Below are positions 36,854 to 47,868 of a stretch of 64,000 nt of DNA, piece by piece. Made by a program: the position numbers and the translations under genes. Position 1 is the stretch's first letter, and every line of letters begins with the position of its first letter. Source of the stretch: an uncultured Spirochaetota bacterium (GTDB lineage: Bacteria; Spirochaetota; Brevinematia; Brevinematales; JAOACQ01); contig CAVYGN010000001.1 of NCBI GenBank assembly GCA_963768055.1, forward strand, positions 96,001-160,000, read 5' to 3'. The notes below the pieces were generated by a model. It searched no databases. It was not told where the DNA came from and worked only from the letters and a program-made list of their open reading frames with translations.

Positions 36854-38183
36854 GATGCTTCAGGATAATGAAAATAAAATTTTCGTCCTGGATACTAATG
36901 TTCCTCTTTATGATTATAACTGTATTTATAATTTCCAGGAGCATAGTGTTGTATTGCCTATAACTCTTCTTGAGGAAATTGATAAATTTAAAAAAGGTAA
37001 TGAAACAATTAATTTTCATGCCAGGGAATTTTCAAGGGAATTGGACAACCTTATCGGAGACGGAGAACTGCAGGAAGGGGTAAAATTGGCGAGCGGGGGT
37101 GAACTGCATGTTGAAACCGATACACGGTATGACGCTTCGATAAAGGACATTTTCTGGGAAGATAGTCCCGATCACAGGATCCTCTCGATAGCCTACAATC
37201 TTTCAAAAAAATACGGCCATGACAGGGTTATCCTCGTTTCAAAAGATATCAACCTGAGAATGAAAGCCAAAAGCGTAGGGATCCTTGCCGAGGATTACAA
37301 AACCGGGCAGATCAAAAACCTCGATGAACTATACACCGGGAAAAACATTTTTGACAATGCCGATGATGGAGTTATTGATACAATATACCGGGATGGCTCT
37401 CTTCCATTCGAAAATTCATTGCTGAAATGCGAACCTCTGCCGAATGAATTTTTTATCCTGAGAAATAATCATAAAAGCCTTCTGGCAAGATATATCGATG
37501 AAAAAAAAGAGCTGAGGATAGTCGAAAAGAGAAGGGCTTACGGTATTAAACCCCGTAATGCCGAACAGACCTTTTCACTGGAAGCGCTTTCAGATCCGTC
37601 CGTACAGCTTGTTACTCTTGCCGGTAAAGCCGGAACGGGCAAAACACTTATGGCCCTGGCTGCTGCGCTTGAGGCGAGGAAATTCTATAAAACCATACTA
37701 CTCGCCAGGCCGATAATTCCCCTTTCAAACAGGGACATGGGATATCTTCCAGGCGATATCAGGGAAAAGCTCGATCCGTATATGAAGCCTCTCTTCGATA
37801 ATCTTGCAGTGATCCAGAACCAGTTCGATGAAGGAACAGCCGATTATGAAAAGATAAACGAACTCCTGGAAGGCGAAAAACTCCTCATCATGCCCCTCGC
37901 TTATATTAGAGGCCGGAGCCTTTCCAAATCTTATTTCATTGTCGATGAAGCCCAAAACCTAACTCCTCATGAGGTAAAGACTATTATAACACGGGCCGGA
38001 GAGGGAACAAAGATAGTTTTTACAGGCGATCCCTACCAGATAGATACTCCTTACCTTGACGCAAGGAGCAACGGTCTTACATTCCTTATCGATAAAATGA
38101 AAGGCCAGGGGTTATATGCGCATGTGACTCTTGAAAAGGGAGAACGTTCCGAACTCGCCGAGCTGGCTTCAAATCTTCTATAG
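36846..38183 (+). CDS. PhoH-family protein with N-terminal PIN domain (PhoH2/YlaK-type)
   Basis: VLDTNV PIN motif; GKAGTGKT, YIRGRS, VDEAQN, GDPYQID. Confidence 0.92.
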   Translation: MYKMLQDNENKIFVLDTNVPLYDYNCIYNFQEHSVVLPITLLEEIDKFKKGNETINFHAREFSRELDNLIGDGELQEGVKLASGGELHVETDTRYDASIKDIFWEDSPDHRILSIAYNLSKKYGHDRVILVSKDINLRMKAKSVGILAEDYKTGQIKNLDELYTGKNIFDNADDGVIDTIYRDGSLPFENSLLKCEPLPNEFFILRNNHKSLLARYIDEKKELRIVEKRRAYGIKPRNAEQTFSLEALSDPSVQLVTLAGKAGTGKTLMALAAALEARKFYKTILLARPIIPLSNRDMGYLPGDIREKLDPYMKPLFDNLAVIQNQFDEGTADYEKINELLEGEKLLIMPLAYIRGRSLSKSYFIVDEAQNLTPHEVKTIITRAGEGTKIVFTGDPYQIDTPYLDARSNGLTFLIDKMKGQGLYAHVTLEKGERSELAELASNLL

Positions 38184-38234
38184 TCATACATTACACTTGA
38201 CGTTTTTAATAATTTATTTCAAATTTAATGCAAG

Positions 38235-39204
38235 ATGGCGGGTGATAAGAAAATGGATTTTATCATAGTAGAATTTGACACAGAACCAGGCAACCGGCCT
38301 GGAAACATCTCTGCTGTAGGGGCTGTAGCTGCCGGAAAGGCCGGGGTAAGTTTTTTTGAAATATTGAATCCCGGTGAAACGGCCGCAGGCGTCAGGTTTT
38401 TAATAGAAAAGTTTGACCGCTGGCTCCAGGAAAGTTTTTCAGAAAATCCCGTGATCGTTACTTCAGACATTAGAAGCGTTTATATGCTGCTTTCTCCTCT
38501 TTTTACCGGCAAAATTCTCGAACTTGCTTCGTTTTGCAATGGTCTTGGCAGGGATTTTGAGGCTTCCATAAATGATTTTAATATCTCTAAAAAAGGCGAT
38601 AATGCCCTGGCGAGGGCTTTTTATAAAACCTTATTATTTACCGGCCTTTTAGAAATTTACAATATGAGTACCGGCGGGACCGATTCCGGAGATTTTATAA
38701 TGAAAGCCTTTAGATTTGCCTTGCGAAAGCATGAAGATCAAAAACGAAAGTTTTCAGGAAGCCCTTATATAATTCATCCGGTAAGGGTATCTGAAATTGT
38801 ACGCAAACATGGGGGGCGACACTGTGCAGCGCGCAGCGGCTATTCTTCATGATACTATAGAGGATACGAAAACAAGCTATCAAGAGATCCTCGATTTGTT
38901 CGGACCTGAAACCGCTGAAATGGTCATGGCGCTCACGAACGATCCGGGCGAAAAAGAGAGACTTGGCAAGCGGGAATATCTTGCAAGGAAGACGGCCGCA
39001 ATGGGGCCGAGAGAACTTCTTGTAAAGCTGGCCGACCGCCTGGATAATGTTCGCGATCTTGATGATGAAAAAAGCGATTGGAACATGAATTATGCAGAGG
39101 AGACAAGGATAATCCTTTCACGTTTGCCTGCCGGTCTTCTTGAAGAAGCACATAAAGCAATTATCAGGGATATTAATGAAAAATTACTTGTTTATCGATC
39201 ATAA
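38235..39204 (+). pseudogene. RelA/SpoT-type HD hydrolase with N-terminal extra domain, split by +1 frameshift in a G6 run
   Basis: KHEDQKRKFSGSPYIIHP in frame 1; AILHDTIEDT and VKLADRLDNVRD in frame 2; deleting one G at 38811-38816 fuses them. Confidence 0.8.
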
Positions 39205-39274
39205 TTGAATGATTATACTGAAAATGTTAAAATTGCTTCGGGATTAATGATTTTTTAGAATCAGGGGTTTTTTG

Positions 39275-39859
39275 ATGGGGAAAAGGATAGATTTTAAAAA
39301 AAAATTCAGAGAACTGGAAAGGTCCTGCAGGAGGCTCGAGGAATTATCGGTGCTTGACGAACTGACAGGGCTCTACAATCGCAGGGGATTTATGACGCTT
39401 GCAAACCAGCAGCTTGCGCTCTCCAAGAGAAGGAAAGAGTATTTTCTGCTCTTCTTTATCGATCTTGACAATATGAAAACTATTAACGATTCCTACGGGC
39501 ATAAAGAGGGCGATCGTGCCCTGATAGAAACATCCCGGATCATAAAAAGGACTTTCAGGGCTACGGATATAGCCGGCCGCTGGGGCGGGGACGAATTCGC
39601 GGTGCTTGCCATCGATTCCAGGATCAATGAATTTGACGGGATAATGAAAAGATTAAAAAAATACATTGACGATGCAAATTATAAAGCAGGTAAACCTTAC
39701 AAACTTTCTTTTTCTGTGGGGGCGGCGTCATATGAACAGGGACGTTACCATTCAATCGAGGATATGCTGGAAAAAGCGGACATCGACCTGTACAGGAAAA
39801 AGAGAGGTAAAAAAAAGGCCGTAGAAAGTCCAAAAAATAATTTAAACGCCGGTCAGTAA
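39275..39859 (+). CDS. Diguanylate cyclase (GGDEF)
   Basis: DELTGLYNRR, DLDNMKTINDSYGH, I-site RATD, RWGGDEF. Confidence 0.93.
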   Translation: MGKRIDFKKKFRELERSCRRLEELSVLDELTGLYNRRGFMTLANQQLALSKRRKEYFLLFFIDLDNMKTINDSYGHKEGDRALIETSRIIKRTFRATDIAGRWGGDEFAVLAIDSRINEFDGIMKRLKKYIDDANYKAGKPYKLSFSVGAASYEQGRYHSIEDMLEKADIDLYRKKRGKKKAVESPKNNLNAGQ

Positions 39860-40500
39860 CTTTTACGTCTTATAAAAATTAACACCTGGACAAACGACAC
39901 AATAAATAAAACGGCATAAATAAAAAAATAAGCGTAAGCCCCGTACATATAGTTCCTTCCGCCGGTTACAAAGAAATTCCAGAATAATGCATATGAAGCC
40001 GGCTGCATAAAACAAATCAAACAGTTTTCAATGATCATATCGCTATTTTTAAGATAAAATAAAATAATGAACAAAAACAATATAACGGGGATAATAAAAA
40101 TAACCGCCACCGGAAGAAGGGACGGCGAAGGCGGAAGAACAAGGTAGCAGATAAAAAGATATAAAGCATACATAGCCGCAAAGAAATATAAAAGGGACTT
40201 TTTAAGTATTACCGGCTTTATCCTGACAAATTTTTTTGCCGGCAGGAATATTATGAAAAGGAGCGGAGCTAGATATAAACTGAAAAGAAATATTAAGCCT
40301 CCGGCGATCAGGAACATGTCTTCCCGGGAGAAGATGGTTTTTATAATAAGGCGTGAAATCTGAACCAGGCTTGTCGCTTCGGAAAAATCGGAGAATAATG
40401 TAATGAACCTCAGAAATGGAAGAAAAAATGTTGCGATAAAACAAAAAAAGACGAATATCTTCAATAAATAAATTATGTCGGTATTTATTTTGCTTTCCAT
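39853..40500 (-). CDS. Hypothetical integral membrane protein
   Basis: About six hydrophobic segments; no recognisable motif. Confidence 0.6.
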   Translation of the reverse strand: MESKINTDIIYLLKIFVFFCFIATFFLPFLRFITLFSDFSEATSLVQISRLIIKTIFSREDMFLIAGGLIFLFSLYLAPLLFIIFLPAKKFVRIKPVILKKSLLYFFAAMYALYLFICYLVLPPSPSLLPVAVIFIIPVILFLFIILFYLKNSDMIIENCLICFMQPASYALFWNFFVTGGRNYMYGAYAYFFIYAVLFIVSFVQVLIFIRRKSY

Positions 40501-40775
40501 AAAAACCGTCTTTCCCTTACAGTCGAAAGCCAACAGTCGAAGGTAAAAGAGGCATGCCTGCAGACTGTCGACTCCCGACTATTGACTGGCTGATACGCCC
40601 CTTATTTTATTTCCGGGATTAAAAAAAATCCAGAAAACAGGCGGCGAATTTAGTAAGCTGTCGATCAGTCTATAGTCATGCTATCACCCATTGATTTCTG
40701 ATTATACTGCTGACTGCTGACTTGTGTCGACTATGTTGACAATTTGTAATCTGGTGGTTAATATAAGCAAAAAAA

Positions 40776-41684
40776 ATGGGGGTTATTATGGTAAGATTTA
40801 TTCTTTGTTTCATTTTATTCACTGGAGTTTCAATGGGTGATATTATACATGCAGGCGTAGTCTGGGAGGCGAAAATCCAGGATATGAATGCAAAATCCTC
40901 ATCGACAATCATTACCAGCAACTATGCAATGAAGGGAAATGTCAGGGAGGATTTTACAGATGTAAGCGACTCGAAGAACACGTTTTATAAAAAGGGAAAT
41001 TACTTTATCTATAAGGCAAGTACAAATATTGTTTACCTTGTCGATCCCGAAAAGAAAACTTATACCGAGCTTTCGATGGACTCCATCCTTTCAGCTATGG
41101 GCGCGGCAGGAGATATGATCCAGATCACTATTTCAAACCCGAAAGTAGAGGTTCAGAAACTGGATGGGGAATCAATTCTGTCGTATCAGTGTTCTCATAT
41201 CAAGATAAACAGTTCATATGACATGGAAACAAAAATTTCTTTCATGACTATAAAATCCCATATGGAATCAACAAAGGAATTATGGGGCAGCGGGCCTGTT
41301 TTCGGGAAGGAAATGACCGGATATTATATTTCTAAAGCATTCAAGACTTCATATAAAGACCTTGACAACCTCATACAAAAGCAAATGGCGGGATATAAGG
41401 ATCTTGGATTCATTCTCAAATCCGTTACGATAACTACATCGACGGATCAGAATAAAAATTCTCAGACAACGACGAATAATATGACTGTGGAATCAATTGC
41501 TGAAAAAAATTTGAGCCTGGATTTATTTAAGGTTCCGGCAGGTTATAAAAAAATCGAAACGGAAATAAACTCCGGACAGCCTTCTGAAACTAACAATAAT
41601 AACAATACTCAAAGCACTAATACCCAGAATACGAATAAGGAGAATAATATCAAACCTGAAGATCTCCTGAAAAAGCTATTTTAA
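40776..41684 (+). CDS. Exported DUF4412-like protein
   Basis: Signal peptide; VDPEKKTYTE, ESILSYQC, LFKVPAGYKK; TTGACA-17nt-TAATAT at 40736-40764. Confidence 0.7.
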   Translation: MGVIMVRFILCFILFTGVSMGDIIHAGVVWEAKIQDMNAKSSSTIITSNYAMKGNVREDFTDVSDSKNTFYKKGNYFIYKASTNIVYLVDPEKKTYTELSMDSILSAMGAAGDMIQITISNPKVEVQKLDGESILSYQCSHIKINSSYDMETKISFMTIKSHMESTKELWGSGPVFGKEMTGYYISKAFKTSYKDLDNLIQKQMAGYKDLGFILKSVTITTSTDQNKNSQTTTNNMTVESIAEKNLSLDLFKVPAGYKKIETEINSGQPSETNNNNNTQSTNTQNTNKENNIKPEDLLKKLF

Positions 41685-41722
41685 TCCCGGATCATATGGG
41701 CAACGGCCGGCCCGGAGAATTT

Positions 41723-43666
41723 ATGAAAAAGCTGTTAGCCATTCTCATTTTGATTTTAATATCCAGCCGGTTTGCTTTTACAGTTTCAACAAAATATTTA
41801 ACGGATTATAAGTTCGATAATATCGAGCTGTATGAATTCAGCAATATTAGTTTTGTTGAAAACGGGGGGATTGAACTTGCCCATGATTATAAAGTTCTAT
41901 TTACCGGAAAAAATCCCGTATGGTCTCTTTCAGAGTGGAAAGGCGGCCTTTTAGCCGGAACCGGGGATCCGGCTCAGCTTCTATATTTAAAAAGCGGCGG
42001 ATATAAGAATATTTTAGAGTTTTCGAACCAGGTGCTTGTCAGCGATATAAAACAGTTCAATGGAGCATTATATATATCCTCTTTTCCAAAAGGGGCCATA
42101 ACGATTCTTGATGAAAATTTCAAGGAAAGCAAAAGGATACCTCTCAAAAACGAATATATCTGGAACATAGTGCCCGACATGAAGGGATATTTCGTACTTA
42201 CCGGCAGTCCGGCTTCTATTTGTCATTTTAACGACAGGGATGAATTGGAATATTCCATACCTGTCCCCGGGGAAGAAAACCTTCTTAAAGGCCTTGCTGA
42301 CGGAGATGACCTTTATTTTTCAGCGGACGGAAATATCCTTTATAAGTTCAATTCGCATGACAAAAAAGTCAGGGCAGTTTACTCTTTTGACAACTCGATC
42401 ATGGATATAATTTATGTAAAAAATTTGATGTATATTATTACTTCGGCTTCAGAGTATAAAAATCTATCCCATGAAGTTTTAGGTGAATCATCGTCTGATA
42501 CTAATGAAAAAAAGACCTCCCGGACAGGCACTTTTAAAAGCGACCTTTATTCATATGATATGAAATTGTCTGTGGAAAAGATCTTTGAAAAGGCAAATAT
42601 CAGATTCATTTCCCTCTCATACTGGAACGATTCGATTGTTATAGGGACAGATAAGAATGCCGGATATTATCAAATTTCCCTCAAGGGAAATGAAAGAAAA
42701 TTTTCCGGATTAGGAGCAGGAAAATTTGCGCGTTTACTGGAACTCCGCGAAGATAATTTTGCTCTGCTCCTTGATCCCACCAGGATTATCAGGCTGGAAA
42801 AGGAATTCGCAGGCAAGGGTTTTATGGTTTCCGGTTCTTTCGATACGGGAAATATATCGCGCTGGGGTAAGCTGTCTATAGATAGTTCCATTTTTCCGGG
42901 AACATCTCTTACAATTTACACAAGGAGCGGCGCCATTCCCGAAGACAACCTCTGGGAAGAATGGTTGGAATATAAAAACAGGACCGCGTCAAGCCCAAAC
43001 AGGTATTTTCAGTATATGGCCGAACTTGGTTCCGGAGGGGGCAATACACCGGTTTTCAACGGCATAACCGTTCCTTTTATACAAAAGAACAGCGCCCCCA
43101 GGATCGACAAGATATCACTGAATTACAATAACAATATTTACAAATTAAGCTGGGACGGGGAAGACGAGGACAGGGATATTCTGATCTATAATTTATATTT
43201 GGCTCTCTCAAATGAGAGCTGGGTGAAAATTAACGATAAACCCCTTGAAGAAAACAATTTCGAAATAAATCCCGCCAATTATCCGGAGGGACAATATCGT
43301 ATAAAGGTAACAGTTTCCGATGAAAGATCGAATTCTCCCGCTGAGGCTAAAGAGGGCTTCAAGATCAGCGAACCTTTCATGATTGTTAACAGCTCGCCAG
43401 TAATCGGGGATATCGCTTTAAAAAAGAACGGTAAAACCGCCATGCTGGCCTGGAAAGTTACGGACAATCTTTCACCTGTTTTAGAAGTCGATTACATGGT
43501 AAACGGCTTAAAGTGGCTGAAGGTCCTGCCTGAAGATGTTATCTACGATTCGAAAACTCTAATGTTCGACCTTAAACTCAACATTGACGAGCCTTCCTTT
43601 ATTGTTATCAAGGCTTCGGACTTATATGGAAATTATTCGACAAAAGGAATATTTGTCGAAGAGTAA
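41723..43666 (+). CDS. Secreted beta-propeller/Ig-like domain protein
   Basis: Signal peptide MKKLLAILILILIS; propeller-like repeats followed by beta-sandwich segments. Confidence 0.65.
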   Translation: MKKLLAILILILISSRFAFTVSTKYLTDYKFDNIELYEFSNISFVENGGIELAHDYKVLFTGKNPVWSLSEWKGGLLAGTGDPAQLLYLKSGGYKNILEFSNQVLVSDIKQFNGALYISSFPKGAITILDENFKESKRIPLKNEYIWNIVPDMKGYFVLTGSPASICHFNDRDELEYSIPVPGEENLLKGLADGDDLYFSADGNILYKFNSHDKKVRAVYSFDNSIMDIIYVKNLMYIITSASEYKNLSHEVLGESSSDTNEKKTSRTGTFKSDLYSYDMKLSVEKIFEKANIRFISLSYWNDSIVIGTDKNAGYYQISLKGNERKFSGLGAGKFARLLELREDNFALLLDPTRIIRLEKEFAGKGFMVSGSFDTGNISRWGKLSIDSSIFPGTSLTIYTRSGAIPEDNLWEEWLEYKNRTASSPNRYFQYMAELGSGGGNTPVFNGITVPFIQKNSAPRIDKISLNYNNNIYKLSWDGEDEDRDILIYNLYLALSNESWVKINDKPLEENNFEINPANYPEGQYRIKVTVSDERSNSPAEAKEGFKISEPFMIVNSSPVIGDIALKKNGKTAMLAWKVTDNLSPVLEVDYMVNGLKWLKVLPEDVIYDSKTLMFDLKLNIDEPSFIVIKASDLYGNYSTKGIFVEE

Positions 43667-43680
43667 GATTTAGCCTTGTT

Positions 43681-43867
43681 ATGGGCCCTTCTAATAACCG
43701 CCTTTTCATCGGGCATACCCTTACGGGCACAAGAGCCGATACAAGCAAGGCGGCAAGGTTGGCCCCATAGGGTTTATGCCCGTAGGGTGTTTATGCCCGA
43801 AGGGTGCGGTTTCATTACGATTTGAACATTATTTATTAATAACATAGTTAGTTTTTGGATGCCCTTA
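43681..43867. repeat. MITE-like element with internal CCCTTCGGG-type mini-hairpins
   Basis: Ends GGGCCCTTCTAATAAC / GTTTTTGGATGCCCTTA; internal repeats TTTATGCCCG(T/A)AGGGTG. Confidence 0.55.
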
Positions 43868-46800
43868 TAAAAAATATTTTACACCGGCTTTGAAGATCGG
43901 CTGGAATTTATTTCCGGGAATATTTACCCCAATAAAGGGTCCGGTTCTCTCCGAATGGGCCATTTTACCGAATATGCGTCCATCGGCGCTCGTTATTCCT
44001 TCAATAGCGAAATCTGAACCGTTAGGATTAGAAGGCATATTCATTGTCGCATTTCCGTTTTCATCTACGTACCTGGTTGCGATCTGTCCATTCTTTTTGA
44101 GTTCATCAAGAACGCCGGAAGGGGCAATAAACCGGCCTTCGCCATGGGATACCGGCAATATATGCATATCTCCGATTTTACTTTCCATGAACCAGGGTGA
44201 AAGAGTGGAAACGATTTTTGTCCTGACCATCGATGAAACATGCCTGCCTATTTTATTGTAGGTAAGGGTTGGCGAATCAATATCGAGGTCCCTGATCTCT
44301 CCATATGGGACAAGCCCGAGCTTGATCAGGGCCTGGAATCCGTTACAAATACCCAGAATAAGGCCGTCCTTAACTTTGAGCAAATCCATAACAGCATCCC
44401 TGATCTTAGGGCTCCTGAAAACGGCCGCTATGAATTTTCCCGAACCTTCGGGTTCGTCACCCGCTGAAAATCCGCCGGGCAGCATTAACATCTGCGCCCT
44501 GCTTACAGCACTGGCGAGCGATGAAATCGATTGATTGACGTCTTCAGGCGTTCTGTTTCTAAAGATGAAGGTTTCGGTTTTAGCGCCTGCTTTTTCAAAG
44601 GCATTTACAGAATCGTATTCGCAGTTTGTTCCCGGGAAAACAGGAATTAGAACTAAAGGTTTTACCGATTTTCCCTTATGAATTAAAGGGTAATCCGCGC
44701 AGTAAGAATAGTCATCGAGGGCGATCTTGCTGTCCGGAGTCTTGACCGGGAAAATTTCCGACAGCGGTTCCATCCATCTATCGATCAACACAGACAAGTT
44801 TATTACAGTATTTTCAATCCTGATCTCGCTTTCAGGTATTGTTCGTCCGAGCAATATATGATCTAGACCGGATAAATCCTCTTCATCGAGGCTCCCACCC
44901 TCGATAACAAAAGAGCCGTAACCCTGTCCGAAGAGCATTCCGGGGGCCGGTTTTCCAGTCATCTCGAAGCCGATCATATTTCCGAAACACATCTTGCTGA
45001 TTGCTTCGCTGACGCCGAAAGCCCTTACTGTTTGAACCGATATTATTTTTTTATTATCAATCAGATAGAAGAGCCTTTCGCAGAGTTTTTTAAAATAAGC
45101 CCAGTCGGGTATAAAAAATTCGTTTTTACGCATCTGAAGAAGGTAGACATTATTATTCGGATTTTTAAATTCCGGCGTGATGATACCCGTTATATCCACG
45201 GGTGAAAGCGCAAAGCTTACAAGGGTCGGGGGAACATTCAGGTTATTGAAAGTCCCCGACATGCTGTCCTTTCCGCCTATAGCCGGTATCAATAGCTCCT
45301 TTTGTACTTTATAAGCGCCTAAAAGGGACGAGAAAGGCTTGCCCCATTTTTCAGGAATATCGAACAACTTTTCAAAATATTCCTGCAGCGTAAGACGGAT
45401 CTTGCGATAGTCAGCACCGGCTGCAGCAGCTTTTGCGATGGAGTCGACAACCGCATAAATTCCTCCATGATATGGGCTCCATTCGGATATTTCAGCGTCA
45501 AAACCCCAACTCATAACAGTCCCGGTAGTTGTTTCATAATCCGTTACAGGCAGCTTTGAGCACATACTCTGCGCCGGAGTGAGGCTTTTCCTTCCGCCGA
45601 ACGGCATTGTAACTGTAAGAGCTCCGATAGTGCTGTCAAACCTTTCAACAAGGCCTTTCTGAGAAGAAGAGTTCAGGTTTGATAGAGAATAGATCCATGC
45701 TTCTTCAAGATTATTACCGGCAGTCTTTATTCCGGATTTAATAAAAGGAGAAGAGTTTTTATCGGGCGACTTTACATTAACCCTGGCATGTCTTTTTGGG
45801 CCGCTTGAATTTAGAAAATCCCGGCTGATATTTACAATCAATTTACCGCGCCAGGTCATTTTCACCCTTTTTTCTTCTATTACTTCGGCAACTACAGTCG
45901 CTTCCAGATTTTCCTTTGAAGCTGATTCTATGAAAATCCCGGCGTTATTACTATCCACCAGGACAGCCATTCTTTCCTGCGATTCTGAAATCGCGAGTTC
46001 AGTCCCGTCCAGATCTTCGTATTTTTTCGGTACCTTGTCAAGGTTAATTAAGAGGCCGTCGGCAATTTCACCGATGGCTACCGAGATCCCGCCGGCCCCG
46101 AAATCGTTGCATTTTTTTATCAGAACCGAAACTTCCGGCTTTCTGAACAGCCTCTGGATCTTTCTTTCTTCCGGGGCATTGCCCTTCTGGACTTCAGCTC
46201 CGGCCTTGAAAATAGATTCCTCCGTATGACTCTTGGAAGATCCCGTAGCTCCGCCGCAGCCGTCCCGTCCGGTCCTTCCCCCCAACAGGATCACGACATC
46301 TCCTTTTACAGGACTCGAACGCTTTACAGCGCTGCGCCTGACCGCTCCGACAACAGCTCCAATTTCCATTCTTTTAGCCACATATCCCTCGTGATATATT
46401 TCGGAAACCTGTCCTGTCGCAAGGCCTATCTGGTTTCCATAAGAACTAAAACCGTGAGCGGCTTCAACAGTTATTTTTCTTTGAGGGAGTTTTCCCTGCA
46501 GGGTGTCTGAAGCGTTTTTCATGGGATTGCCGCTTCCGGTTACACGCATAGCCTGGTAAACGTAAGACCTGCCGGAAAGGGGGTCTCGTATTGCTCCTCC
46601 TACACAGGTCGCTGCGCCTCCAAAGGGTTCTATTTCCGTCGGGTGGTTGTGGGTTTCATTTTTAAACATCACGAGCCATTCTTCGGATCCGGTTCCCCCT
46701 TCAACAGGAACAACGATACTGCAGGCATTGATCTCGTCGGATTCATCGAGGTCGGAAAGATAACCCTTTGCTTTAAGTTCTCTCATTGATATTGTCGCGA

Positions 46801-47650
46801 GGTCCATAAGGCTTATTTTTTTTCCATTTTGATCGGTGCTTAAAAATCTTCGGGATTCCAGGTATTCATAATAAGTACTTTCAATTGACGATTTGAAAGG
46901 CCCTTCTTCGAATTCCACTTCATCGATTTCTGTTAGAAACGTAGTATGGCGGCAATGATCCGACCAATATGTATCGATGATCCTTATTTCAGTCATTGTC
47001 GGGTCCCTTTTTTCATCGTTTTTAAAATAGGATTGAAGAAAAATCAGGTCGTTCAAATCCATTGCGAGACCAGTTCCGGCAATGAATTTTTCCAGGGCCG
47101 AATTATCCATTGTTATAAAGCCTTTAATGACCGGAATATCATCCGGCTGATCCCTGTTTTCTATAAGTGTTGAAGGTTTTGACAGACGGGTTTCACGGGA
47201 ATCCACAGGATTAATAATAAATTTTTTTATTTTTTCAATTGCCGGGGCGGAAATCTTCCCATAAAAAACCAGGATAGAAGCGTATCTGATAACAGGCTTT
47301 TCGCCCTGCGTGAGAATTTGAATTGCCTGGGCCGCCGAATCGGCCCTCTGGTCATACTGGCCCGGCAGGTACTCCCAGCCGAAAATTTGTTTTTTTTTAT
47401 CCGAAGCCTCCATGCCGGCGGGCAAAGCTTCATCATATATAAAATCAAGAGGGGGTTCTGCAAAAACGCTGAAACGTGATTTTTGATAATCTTCTTCGGA
47501 AATACCCTGGATGTCGTATCGATGAAAAACCCTGAGCCTTTCAATCCCGGAAATATGAAGGACTGAGGTTAAGTCATGAAGAATGTTTCCGGATTCGTTG
47601 TCATATTCCGGCTTTTTTTCCGTAAAGATCCTGTAAACACGATTGTCCAT
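43865..47650 (-). CDS. purL: Phosphoribosylformylglycinamidine synthase (large fused form)
   Basis: WSDHCRH, KNETHNHPT, SESQERM, GICNGFQ, HSER motifs. Confidence 0.96.
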   Translation of the reverse strand: MDNRVYRIFTEKKPEYDNESGNILHDLTSVLHISGIERLRVFHRYDIQGISEEDYQKSRFSVFAEPPLDFIYDEALPAGMEASDKKKQIFGWEYLPGQYDQRADSAAQAIQILTQGEKPVIRYASILVFYGKISAPAIEKIKKFIINPVDSRETRLSKPSTLIENRDQPDDIPVIKGFITMDNSALEKFIAGTGLAMDLNDLIFLQSYFKNDEKRDPTMTEIRIIDTYWSDHCRHTTFLTEIDEVEFEEGPFKSSIESTYYEYLESRRFLSTDQNGKKISLMDLATISMRELKAKGYLSDLDESDEINACSIVVPVEGGTGSEEWLVMFKNETHNHPTEIEPFGGAATCVGGAIRDPLSGRSYVYQAMRVTGSGNPMKNASDTLQGKLPQRKITVEAAHGFSSYGNQIGLATGQVSEIYHEGYVAKRMEIGAVVGAVRRSAVKRSSPVKGDVVILLGGRTGRDGCGGATGSSKSHTEESIFKAGAEVQKGNAPEERKIQRLFRKPEVSVLIKKCNDFGAGGISVAIGEIADGLLINLDKVPKKYEDLDGTELAISESQERMAVLVDSNNAGIFIESASKENLEATVVAEVIEEKRVKMTWRGKLIVNISRDFLNSSGPKRHARVNVKSPDKNSSPFIKSGIKTAGNNLEEAWIYSLSNLNSSSQKGLVERFDSTIGALTVTMPFGGRKSLTPAQSMCSKLPVTDYETTTGTVMSWGFDAEISEWSPYHGGIYAVVDSIAKAAAAGADYRKIRLTLQEYFEKLFDIPEKWGKPFSSLLGAYKVQKELLIPAIGGKDSMSGTFNNLNVPPTLVSFALSPVDITGIITPEFKNPNNNVYLLQMRKNEFFIPDWAYFKKLCERLFYLIDNKKIISVQTVRAFGVSEAISKMCFGNMIGFEMTGKPAPGMLFGQGYGSFVIEGGSLDEEDLSGLDHILLGRTIPESEIRIENTVINLSVLIDRWMEPLSEIFPVKTPDSKIALDDYSYCADYPLIHKGKSVKPLVLIPVFPGTNCEYDSVNAFEKAGAKTETFIFRNRTPEDVNQSISSLASAVSRAQMLMLPGGFSAGDEPEGSGKFIAAVFRSPKIRDAVMDLLKVKDGLILGICNGFQALIKLGLVPYGEIRDLDIDSPTLTYNKIGRHVSSMVRTKIVSTLSPWFMESKIGDMHILPVSHGEGRFIAPSGVLDELKKNGQIATRYVDENGNATMNMPSNPNGSDFAIEGITSADGRIFGKMAHSERTGPFIGVNIPGNKFQPIFKAGVKYFL

Positions 47651-47868
47651 CTCTTCAAATCCTCATAAATTAATAAGGGCACTTCTAATAGCCGCCCCGA
47701 ATAATTATACGGAAAATCGTAAAAAAAATAAATTAATTTGTCTGTTGCCGATGTTAAAAGGCTTGAAGAAATATTTAATTATGGTATTGAATAAAAACTT
47801 TGATAATGATAGAATAACATATTTCAAAATCCCTGTAAGGAATTCCGAGTAATAAAAAGGAGATAAAA

